IMG/VR virus record: IMGVR_UViG_3300024264_001700
Span: 21,586-85,585 of that record
Reading direction: 5' to 3' (one strand)
From: a virus
Length of the DNA stretch: 64,000 nucleotides
The position numbers and the translations under genes are program-made. This document shows positions 37,133-45,490 of this stretch, piece by piece (the stretch's first letter is position 1; every line of letters begins with the position of its first letter). The notes beneath the pieces were generated by a model. That model saw nothing but the letters and a program-made list of their open reading frames with translations. It ran no database searches and had not been told where the DNA came from.

Positions 37133-38329
37133 CTACAAAGATTGTACTGTAAGCCCAGTTACATTAAATGTTACTGTATTATATGTTACACCGTTAATAA
37201 TCATTGTACCTAGTGGTCTATAAAGCTCTACTAGACTCGTTAATGTACCATTAACATTTTCATCAACACCAAAGCCACCTGGACTATCTAGGTCAGCAAA
37301 CTCTACTTTAAATCCTAACTGATTATTAGAATTTCTTTTAGCGTATATTCTAAATCTGTTATTTGCATAACTTGCTCCGAATCTTTCAGCTAATAACTGA
37401 TAGCTAGTTGTTAAATTATAAGGAGTAATAGTTGAATCAACAAAGTTTGCTACACCTGATACGTTTACGCCTGTTCTATCAAAAGTTATAGAACCTATAC
37501 CCGATAACATTGTAGACCAATCACCTGATTTAGATCCGCTATACCCTGTTAGCGATGGGGTGAAAATTATCTCGCCAGCGGCATTCCAATATCCAGTTTG
37601 TTGTCCTTGTGTAGGAAATGTAAGATTTATTTCATGTGACCGTGTGCCGTTCCATGCTGATGTTCTAACACTAGTTACTGGAGTATTAGTCCCGTCTCTT
37701 AATATTTCTTCTGAAACCTGGGACGGGTCTGCAATTAATGCCCTATCAGTTTCAACACTAGACATAAGTGTTTCTAAATCTTGTAAATATGGTTCTGCAA
37801 TTACATCACCGATTGCAAGTGCTGCACTATTACCTATTGTAAATGCAGGTCCTACTTGATGTATACGTGCGCTTACTATATCTTTATATAAATTAAAGTA
37901 ATCTTCAGCTTCTACAGATTCTGCATCTAGTTCTGTTAAAATATGTGTATTAGAAGCACCTGAAATAAAATTTAATTGTCTAGTAAAAGATTCATCTAAG
38001 TATAATTGTATATTATTTCCATCTATTACTTTTACATAATAATGAGAATGCTCATTCATTTCTTCTACAATAGGAGTATTTCCATTTGCATTATATCTTA
38101 CAAATTGTTTGTCAATTAAATTATGACCGCTAATAGTAATTGTATCAGTAGAATAGTTTACATCTGTACTCGGATCAAAAGTTTTATCTACAAATGTAAG
38201 AGGAACAACTTGAGACGAGCGAACTGTTTGTCCATATCCGGTGCCAGAAGATAAGCTAATTGCATTGCCGTATACAGCTTGTATTCGACTTTGTAAATTA
38301 TTATATCTTGTTGCTAAAATCGATACCAA
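37133..38329 (-). CDS. virion structural protein (paralog of 38395-39318, with inserted beta domain)
   Basis: RYNNLQ...GYGQ N-terminus; Thr/Ser/Gly-rich beta strands; TTG start with GGAG RBS; lies in the tail module. Confidence 0.7.
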   Translation of the reverse strand: MVSILATRYNNLQSRIQAVYGNAISLSSGTGYGQTVRSSQVVPLTFVDKTFDPSTDVNYSTDTITISGHNLIDKQFVRYNANGNTPIVEEMNEHSHYYVKVIDGNNIQLYLDESFTRQLNFISGASNTHILTELDAESVEAEDYFNLYKDIVSARIHQVGPAFTIGNSAALAIGDVIAEPYLQDLETLMSSVETDRALIADPSQVSEEILRDGTNTPVTSVRTSAWNGTRSHEINLTFPTQGQQTGYWNAAGEIIFTPSLTGYSGSKSGDWSTMLSGIGSITFDRTGVNVSGVANFVDSTITPYNLTTSYQLLAERFGASYANNRFRIYAKRNSNNQLGFKVEFADLDSPGGFGVDENVNGTLTSLVELYRPLGTMIINGVTYNTVTFNVTGLTVQSL

Positions 38330-38354
38330 AAAACTTCTCCAATTCCTACTATAT

Positions 38355-38383
38355 TATATAGCACATTTTATAGCATATGTCAA
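38355..38383 (-). promoter_or_regulatory. sigma70-like promoter TTGACA-N17-TATATA (TATAAT at N19)
   Basis: Reverse reading TTGACAtatgctataaaatgtgcTATATAATat in the intergenic gap. Confidence 0.6.
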
Positions 38384-38394
38384 CTGATTAGAAT

Positions 38395-39318
38395 TTAAAT
38401 ATACGAAATGGTAGTAAACAGCGGAGTAGGCACATCAACGTGTACACCTGAAGCTCTTTGTACTTGTATTATATTTGAAAGAGATCCTTGTACATTTTCG
38501 TCATAGTTTGGATCACCTGTATCAAAATCATTATATTCAACTCTAAAATTAATTGTTGCCGAGCCTTCAACGGCCCCTGCAGATACTTTATATATGTTTT
38601 CGCTATATACAGAAGAACCAGATTTTTGAAAAATTGTTGTAAATCCTGGTGTCAAATCAAAATAACCAATTAGTGAACCTGTACCTGAACCTGCTGGTGT
38701 TGTTGATGTATGATCAAAACTAATTATACCAGTATTACTTAACATACTTGCCCAATCAGAACCTTTGGCTCCGACAGTATTACTCAAATTACTAGAAATT
38801 CTTATTTCGCCGCCGCTGTTAAAGAAGTGTCTAATATGATCTTGAGGAGTTACCGAACTGCCATCTGATAAGTTATATCCGCCAAAAACTACATTAAAAT
38901 CATGTTGTATTGTACCATTCCAAGAAGTTGTTCTTGTTACACTTAATCCTGACTGTACCGTCGACTGTTGCGGGCTTAATAAAAATTTATCAGATTCAAT
39001 ATCGATCATTAATTCTTCAAATGCTCTAAACGAAGTTATATTATACGGAGCATCATCGTCATCTGTAATGACATCTAAGTTTGCAACAAGTTGTCCTATA
39101 CTATTAGGAATAGTACCTGTTTGATGTACTCTAGCATTAATCATATCGGTATATAAACTATTCATATCACTTGCTTGTACTAATGTGTTAGTTAAAACAG
39201 AAGAACTTTGTAAAAGTTGTCCATAACCTTCATTATTTGCGCCTGAACCTAAAATTGTTTCAGCTCTTGCTTGTAAATTATTATATCGTGCTGCTGTAAC
39301 TAAATTATTAACGGCCAT
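38395..39318 (-). CDS. virion structural protein
   Basis: RYNNLQ...GYGQ, ARVHQTG, RHFFNSGGEI, DWASMLS; clear paralog of the downstream gene. Confidence 0.7.
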   Translation of the reverse strand: MAVNNLVTAARYNNLQARAETILGSGANNEGYGQLLQSSSVLTNTLVQASDMNSLYTDMINARVHQTGTIPNSIGQLVANLDVITDDDDAPYNITSFRAFEELMIDIESDKFLLSPQQSTVQSGLSVTRTTSWNGTIQHDFNVVFGGYNLSDGSSVTPQDHIRHFFNSGGEIRISSNLSNTVGAKGSDWASMLSNTGIISFDHTSTTPAGSGTGSLIGYFDLTPGFTTIFQKSGSSVYSENIYKVSAGAVEGSATINFRVEYNDFDTGDPNYDENVQGSLSNIIQVQRASGVHVDVPTPLFTTISYI

Positions 39319-39328
39319 AAACGTTTCC

Positions 39329-40843
39329 TTATACTTTTAATACACACTCTACTAGTTTTTCGCCCTCATCATTATTGCTTTCAAGTGCAATGCCCACTAA
39401 TGCCGACGAAGCAATAGTTGTACTTACGCCATCTTCCCATGCATATACTGCTTGACCTTTTGAAACTGGACCTTTTACTCTTACTGGCAAACGTCCTTTA
39501 AGACCAATGTACTGGCCTTCTGCTTCGCTGTTCATCATATATGCTGGATCAGTTGAAACAACTCCGATACACATATTGCTTGCACTTGCTGGTTTAACTT
39601 CTGCTTCACCGCCGACTGCAACTGCTGTACCTGCTGGTAATTCTTCTGCTGTTGTATATTTTTCTGCTAAGTCAGCATATCTAGCCGATGTTGCAGTACC
39701 CTGAAACAGATTTGCATATATGTCGCCTTGTGCGTCTCTTACTGCTACAGTATTCGGTGTAGAGGCTGTGGAGCCTGCAGCTAAATTTGCATCTGAATTA
39801 TCATATTTTAGATTTTGAGCATTTAATGCCATTCCATTAAATTGTGTTGCATATACTGTTTGCCATTTTCTAGTGCTAGATCCTAAAATGTAAGCATTAT
39901 CAACACCCGGTGTTATACCTAATTGTGTTCCGCTTACTGTTCCGATACTAACTACATCTGTTAATGCTCCTAGATTGTCATTTGTTTTTATAGAAATTTT
40001 TGTTGAAGCTCCAGTATCATGTTGTAATATTCCATGATTTAAAGTAGGACCAGCTAATCTGTCAACATAGATTTTGAAGTCTTCACTGTATACTCCTGAT
40101 GAACCGCCTATCGAAAGCCCAGCATCAACAAACTTACTTCTTACATTAAACTCTGGAGTAATTTTAGATACAAAATTATCTGCTGAAATTCCGCCTAAAT
40201 TTTCAGCATTAGATGCTGTACCGTAAAATCTATGGTTTGAGCTTGTTATGCCGTTGGATCCGAGCATAGTATTAACTAATGTAATACCTTGTTTTAGTCT
40301 ATCAAATCCTGTTATAGGGTTTGCTGGGCCAATATCAAATTCGTCAGCACTTACAACTTGAATTACTTCATCATTTACATACGCTAATATAACAGAGTGT
40401 GGATTACTTGCTGTGTCAAGTAGGGTAGCACTTAACATAGTTGTAACACCTTCGCCTGCATTTTGCGGACCTATTAATATAAATCGTGTACCGTTATATA
40501 CATACAATTGTTCATTTAAAGTATCCCACCAAAAATCACCAGTTGCTAATCCTGTAGGTTCAGTATCTGATGTTTCAGAACCTCCTGTTGTACGCCATTT
40601 ATTTCCATCATAAAACTTTAATTTAGTTGCATTACTATCATACCATCCTTGACCGCTTACTGCTCTCGGTGGTGGATTAGCGCCGCTAAAGTTTTCTAGC
40701 AAATACAAAAAGTTTTCATTTTGAATTTCGCCGTATCCTGCATAGTTTTTACCTATAAATTTTAGATCAGTTGTTGTATCAATTGTACCATCTTCTACAA
40801 CAGCTAAAATAGTATTGTTGTATCTATCAATTTGATATGCCAT
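39329..40843 (-). CDS. tail fibre/spike protein with C-terminal peptidase-G2-like intramolecular chaperone region
   Basis: Shared N-terminus IGKNYAGYGEIQNENFLYLLENF..GQGWYD; C-terminal ARYADLAEKY...IGVVSTDPAYMMN...IGLKGRLPVRV. Confidence 0.75.
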   Translation of the reverse strand: MAYQIDRYNNTILAVVEDGTIDTTTDLKFIGKNYAGYGEIQNENFLYLLENFSGANPPPRAVSGQGWYDSNATKLKFYDGNKWRTTGGSETSDTEPTGLATGDFWWDTLNEQLYVYNGTRFILIGPQNAGEGVTTMLSATLLDTASNPHSVILAYVNDEVIQVVSADEFDIGPANPITGFDRLKQGITLVNTMLGSNGITSSNHRFYGTASNAENLGGISADNFVSKITPEFNVRSKFVDAGLSIGGSSGVYSEDFKIYVDRLAGPTLNHGILQHDTGASTKISIKTNDNLGALTDVVSIGTVSGTQLGITPGVDNAYILGSSTRKWQTVYATQFNGMALNAQNLKYDNSDANLAAGSTASTPNTVAVRDAQGDIYANLFQGTATSARYADLAEKYTTAEELPAGTAVAVGGEAEVKPASASNMCIGVVSTDPAYMMNSEAEGQYIGLKGRLPVRVKGPVSKGQAVYAWEDGVSTTIASSALVGIALESNNDEGEKLVECVLKV

Positions 40844-40871
40844 TTAGTTCTACCCTTCGACTGTATTATAT

Positions 40872-40879
40872 TATTTATC
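40872..40879 (-). promoter_or_regulatory. putative T4-late-like promoter (gATAAATA)
   Basis: In the 48-nt gap, 28 nt upstream of ATG 40843. Confidence 0.45.
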
Positions 40880-40891
40880 GTATTTTTGTTA

Positions 40892-42793
40892 TTAAGGCCA
40901 ACCAGGCGCTAATGTGTAATCTGTATACACATCACTGCTAAATTGCCACGTATTTCCTACTACTGTAAACTTTTTCAATCCTCTAGATATGCTAACTGCA
41001 ACGTTTCCTGTAGCAGGGAAGAAGTTAATATCTTGTACAACTGATTCGTTTTGTGTGCCATTTGAGTCAACAGCAACAAACGACACATTTTTTACAGAAT
41101 CAATGTCAATATTTGTTGCAGTAGAACCTGCAAGGTTTTGTGTAACTACAAAGGCTTCTGTGCCTTCTTCTCTTAATCTGTATTCTGCTATTTGTGGTTG
41201 ACCAGGAACGTATACCGGATATACACTCGACATAATATATCCGATTTGATTATCTGTTAATCCTGTAGTATCTAGTGTTAGAGATAAACGTTCGCTTCTA
41301 TTTTGTATATCAACATAATTTTTTGTAGCAACATCTTGAAGTTTTGTTGGATCAGCTAATCCTGTCATTCTTTGATTGTTAACAGTAATTGCGCCAGTTG
41401 ATGTAATGTTTAGCGGTGAACTTGTAGTAATAGTTGCTGCGTTTAAATTAATATTGTCGACATTTAAATATTGAAGTGTACCTATTCTCACAAGACCTTC
41501 AGCATATAGAACACTGTTATCTATACTATCTGCAGAAATCTTATTAACTCCGTTAATTTTATAAGATCGGCCTTGAACTACGTCAAAATTAACATTACTT
41601 GTCCATGCATTGTTTACTCTATTCCATAAAATAGACTTTTCAACTCCGCTTGCTCTTAATATTACGCCACCGCCGTCAACGAATTGATCATCTAAAAGTG
41701 TACTATCTTCAGTAATACCTAATTCTATATTAATATCTTGTACTTTTAGCACGTTTACATCTACTGAAGTAGATTCTCCTCTTACAGTAAGGTTTCCTTC
41801 TATAATAACATCTGTAGAAACTCCTACTGGAGTATTCGGTGCACCGATATGTAACATTGCTTCAGGAGCACCATTGAAAATACCTACTCTAGCTTCGCTA
41901 GAATCAATATATAAAGCATCAGTAGATACAGTGTCATATGCTGTACCTTTAACTCTAATAGAATAATCGTGATCTGTAAGTTGGTTTTCAGTAATATATG
42001 TAGTACCTACAATTTTTTGCACATTGTTAAGATCGGCACCGATAATAATACCACCATTATTTCTGATAGTTAGTGTGCCTGATGTTTCACCAGCAGCATC
42101 ATTTGGAAGAAACTGGTTTGCTGTTAGCACATCACCAGCTTCGTTAATAAGTGCTTCGGACGAAGTTGCTGTTCCTCTAAACTTAAAGTTAGTAGTATCT
42201 AATACATTTACACCTTTTCGAATTGTTCCTGTAGGATTAGATGCTGTTACAAGGTCAGCAATTCTTTCCTCAGGCGTTGGAGTGAAGTCTATATTACTTG
42301 TTACAGAAACTAAGTTACCTGCAACAAATGTTTTTGCAACAGGTCTTGCTCTACTTTGAACGTCTTTAATAGAATCAATTTGAAATCCACTAATACCTTG
42401 TAAGGAACTGTACGCCGGTCCTATAAGAACTAAATTAGAACCGTCATAGAAATAAATCTGTCTTGTTTCTGAATTAATCCATAAGTCGCCAGCAACCATT
42501 TGTGGTCTAGTTGGCGTTACAAATGGTCCTCCACTTACTTTCCATTCTTCTCCATTAAATACTTGTAGTCTTTTACCAGTTACATCCCACCATAGCTGTC
42601 CTTCTAAAGGATTACTAGGAGGTGCAGTGTTTGAAAAATTTTCTAAAACTTTTATAAAGTTTTCATTTATAAATTCTCCAAATCCCTCATAGTTTCGACC
42701 AACTAATACAAGATTAGTTGACGAAGTATCAATTTGTCCATCAATTAAATCTGTAAGTAGCGATCCGTTTGTTTTATTAAGTTTGTAACTCAT
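40892..42793 (-). CDS. tail fibre/baseplate-associated protein
   Basis: VGRNYEGFGEFINENFIKVLENF..PLEGQLWWD; RVGIFNGAPEAMLHI; LADPTKLQDVATKNYVD fibre motif. Confidence 0.75.
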   Translation of the reverse strand: MSYKLNKTNGSLLTDLIDGQIDTSSTNLVLVGRNYEGFGEFINENFIKVLENFSNTAPPSNPLEGQLWWDVTGKRLQVFNGEEWKVSGGPFVTPTRPQMVAGDLWINSETRQIYFYDGSNLVLIGPAYSSLQGISGFQIDSIKDVQSRARPVAKTFVAGNLVSVTSNIDFTPTPEERIADLVTASNPTGTIRKGVNVLDTTNFKFRGTATSSEALINEAGDVLTANQFLPNDAAGETSGTLTIRNNGGIIIGADLNNVQKIVGTTYITENQLTDHDYSIRVKGTAYDTVSTDALYIDSSEARVGIFNGAPEAMLHIGAPNTPVGVSTDVIIEGNLTVRGESTSVDVNVLKVQDINIELGITEDSTLLDDQFVDGGGVILRASGVEKSILWNRVNNAWTSNVNFDVVQGRSYKINGVNKISADSIDNSVLYAEGLVRIGTLQYLNVDNINLNAATITTSSPLNITSTGAITVNNQRMTGLADPTKLQDVATKNYVDIQNRSERLSLTLDTTGLTDNQIGYIMSSVYPVYVPGQPQIAEYRLREEGTEAFVVTQNLAGSTATNIDIDSVKNVSFVAVDSNGTQNESVVQDINFFPATGNVAVSISRGLKKFTVVGNTWQFSSDVYTDYTLAPGWP

Positions 42794-42794
42794 A

Positions 42795-44858
42795 TTAGTT
42801 TCCAGTATAGATAATATAATTTAATGCCAAGTAAGGATTCATAATGTCCATAGGCGTACCTAAATTTTGTGTAGTTTTGATACCGCCACTTGAGGGCAAA
42901 GCTTGACCGGCTTGTGACCCTGTAGGTGCATCATATTGAATAGCTTGAGTATCTAATGGAGCACCAGTATTGTCTCTAATTGCATAGTATTGTGAACCTG
43001 CATCGCCTCTAAGATCGTGTTCGTGTTCAGGTAAATTAGAAACATCAATTGTAGCTTTTTCGTTACCTAAATTGTTGCCTACTGCTGTGGCACCACTACT
43101 AGTAACTCTGCCCGCGGCACTATCATTCATATTGTCTAAACCTAAAGGAAATCTACCTCTCATATCAGGTAATGCAAATAAGTTCACGCCGCCGTCATCT
43201 AAGAAGTCTGGATCTAAGAACGAATATCCTATTTTTTGGAATAGTGCAGTAAACTCTGATTTTAAAACCTGTCTTCCATCACAAAGTAACCATCCATTTG
43301 GTTCTTCGGCGCCACCAAATGGCAAAATAATGCCAATCGGCAAAGTAGGTAATCCACTTAAAAAATTAAGTCTATTTACTTTATAAATGCCTTGATCTGA
43401 TCCGTAATTTTTATTTACTAAAACTTCTAATCTATCATCAGTAGAAAATAATTCTTCTTTTGTAGATATGAATCCATCTCCAACTGTAGTAACAAATGTT
43501 TTTGTATTTTCTCCTGATTTACCATCAAAGGAAAAACTTGATGCACTTACATCGCCTTCCATTCTAAAAGTTGTAGCAGTAGTTAATCTCTCCGATGATC
43601 CAGATCTACCCGATACAGTTCCGTCTAAATTTCCTTGGAATTGACCGAAAAATGTGTTAGCATAAATTTGATCAAATCTATTAATATTTGTACCTATATT
43701 AAATACGCCATTTTCACTCGGTGAAATATTGCCTGACGAAAGTACACCTTTAATTATTGCATCGCCATTAACATATATATTTCTACCTACACCGATTCCG
43801 CCTAATGTAGTAATAGACCCTTCATCTTCTGCAAGACTGTTTTCGCTATTCTTAACAATTATCCTGCCTAATGTAGTGTCTGTCGACGAAGGACTTAATT
43901 GTATATTACCTATGACATCTAACGCTTGATCAGGATCTAAGTTATTAATACCTACATTTTGCGAAGAATCAACTCTAATAACAGTTTTAGTAGTTGCGCC
44001 ATCTTTTACTCTAATATCTAAATTACTACCCGAAGATGTATGCTGTATAATACCTTGATTACCTTCAGCTTGAATTTTAAGTTGTCCTGTTGTTCCGACT
44101 TCTAATCCTAAATCATTTTTTACTCTTAAACTAAAATTTGTTGTACTAGGAGAATCTGAACGCAATAAGTCATTTGCACTAACAACTTTTGTACCATCAG
44201 TAGGGTCATTTGTTACTTTTACATTTAATGCTTGCTCAGCAACTCCATTAAATTTATAAGCATCGTTTGTATTACTTAAATTAAATCCTTTTTTGATTCC
44301 GGCAGTAAACCCTTGTATCGTAGTTTTAGGAAAAAATTCATCGTTGGATATTATACCTACAGTTACATCTCTTATATCAATTTTTAATACAGTATATTCT
44401 ACATTATCTTGGCCTATTAATGTTACAGGAGTTGCGCCTGTAACTAATCCATCTGAGAAACTAGGGCCAACTAATACCCAGCCAGCGCCTGTATATAAAT
44501 ATAATTGTTGGTTATCTGTGTCTACCCAAAGGTCACCGCTATTAGATATACTAGCAATCGGTTCTGACGTTCCCTTTTTTAGACCTGAAGCAGAAAGCCA
44601 GCTTGTTCCGTCATATATTTTAAGCTGATCTACTCCCTCTGAACTGTCGTACCATAGTTGACCTTCTACAGGTCTTTCAGGAGCATTTGGTGCTGCAAAG
44701 TTTTCAAGCAAGTGTAAAAAATTTTCACCTATTACTTGTCCGTAGTCAGTTCTAAATCTACCCGGAATGCTTAAACTAGTATCAGTGTTAATGGTATTAT
44801 CCTGTACTGTTATTTCACCTTTATTTGCTTCGTCTGTGTATCTTATTTCATATGCCAT
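42795..44858 (-). CDS. short tail fibre-like protein with tail-collar domain
   Basis: Shared N-terminus YGQVIGENFLHLLENF..PVEGQLWYD; collar LPIGIILPFGG..PNGWLLCDG...FALPDMRGRFPLG; NLPEHEH; MNPYLALNYII. Confidence 0.85.
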   Translation of the reverse strand: MAYEIRYTDEANKGEITVQDNTINTDTSLSIPGRFRTDYGQVIGENFLHLLENFAAPNAPERPVEGQLWYDSSEGVDQLKIYDGTSWLSASGLKKGTSEPIASISNSGDLWVDTDNQQLYLYTGAGWVLVGPSFSDGLVTGATPVTLIGQDNVEYTVLKIDIRDVTVGIISNDEFFPKTTIQGFTAGIKKGFNLSNTNDAYKFNGVAEQALNVKVTNDPTDGTKVVSANDLLRSDSPSTTNFSLRVKNDLGLEVGTTGQLKIQAEGNQGIIQHTSSGSNLDIRVKDGATTKTVIRVDSSQNVGINNLDPDQALDVIGNIQLSPSSTDTTLGRIIVKNSENSLAEDEGSITTLGGIGVGRNIYVNGDAIIKGVLSSGNISPSENGVFNIGTNINRFDQIYANTFFGQFQGNLDGTVSGRSGSSERLTTATTFRMEGDVSASSFSFDGKSGENTKTFVTTVGDGFISTKEELFSTDDRLEVLVNKNYGSDQGIYKVNRLNFLSGLPTLPIGIILPFGGAEEPNGWLLCDGRQVLKSEFTALFQKIGYSFLDPDFLDDGGVNLFALPDMRGRFPLGLDNMNDSAAGRVTSSGATAVGNNLGNEKATIDVSNLPEHEHDLRGDAGSQYYAIRDNTGAPLDTQAIQYDAPTGSQAGQALPSSGGIKTTQNLGTPMDIMNPYLALNYIIYTGN

Positions 44859-44861
44859 TTA

Positions 44862-45464
44862 TTAGACTCCTGACAAACTTTGGATTCTTACAGTGTAGTC
44901 AATTTGTATTAATCGGTTTAAACTTTTTTGTACAGGATGGAAGATAACATGTGTTATTAATCTTCCGTCGCCTGTAGGACTATAACTACGTAATCCTAAC
45001 TCGTCGAACACAAATGGACTTTCTTGAGTATTTGCATTATCAAATGCATCTTGTCCAGCTGGTTCGCCATAATCAAGTAAGCATGATACAAAAACATCTG
45101 TATAGTTTGTGCCACTTACGTGTCTAATTTCTAGTTTATTACGTGCAGGATCTGTATTATTAGCATTTCTGTCATCTACAATTTTGCTAAATGTTTGTCT
45201 ATATAAACTGGCATTAGTTCCAGTTGTGTTTGGTGTTAGATATGTAATTATACCAGTTGGGTCTACACTAGTCCCACCACTTCCAAAACTCATTTCACTA
45301 ATAAAACCTTGTCCTGCATTACTTAAACTTTCTGCAAGAGCAATACTCATATTCTCATAGTGGATTGCATTTCGCTTATCGATTAAAATCTCGTTAGATT
45401 CTGGATCAAAGATCTTTATATGTCCTTGTACAAGAATACCACTTTTATCATTAATATCTGTCAT
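44862..45464 (-). CDS. virion structural protein (baseplate/tail-associated)
   Basis: QGHIKI..KRNAI, FDELGL, LITHVIFHPVQKS; lies between tail and baseplate genes. Confidence 0.65.
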   Translation of the reverse strand: MTDINDKSGILVQGHIKIFDPESNEILIDKRNAIHYENMSIALAESLSNAGQGFISEMSFGSGGTSVDPTGIITYLTPNTTGTNASLYRQTFSKIVDDRNANNTDPARNKLEIRHVSGTNYTDVFVSCLLDYGEPAGQDAFDNANTQESPFVFDELGLRSYSPTGDGRLITHVIFHPVQKSLNRLIQIDYTVRIQSLSGV

Positions 45465-45482
45465 TTTTGTTTTCCTACAACG

Positions 45483-45490
45483 TATTTATT
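45483..45490 (-). promoter_or_regulatory. putative T4-late-like promoter (aATAAATA) overlapping the giant gene's stop
   Basis: 18 nt upstream of ATG 45464, followed by AGGA. Confidence 0.35.
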
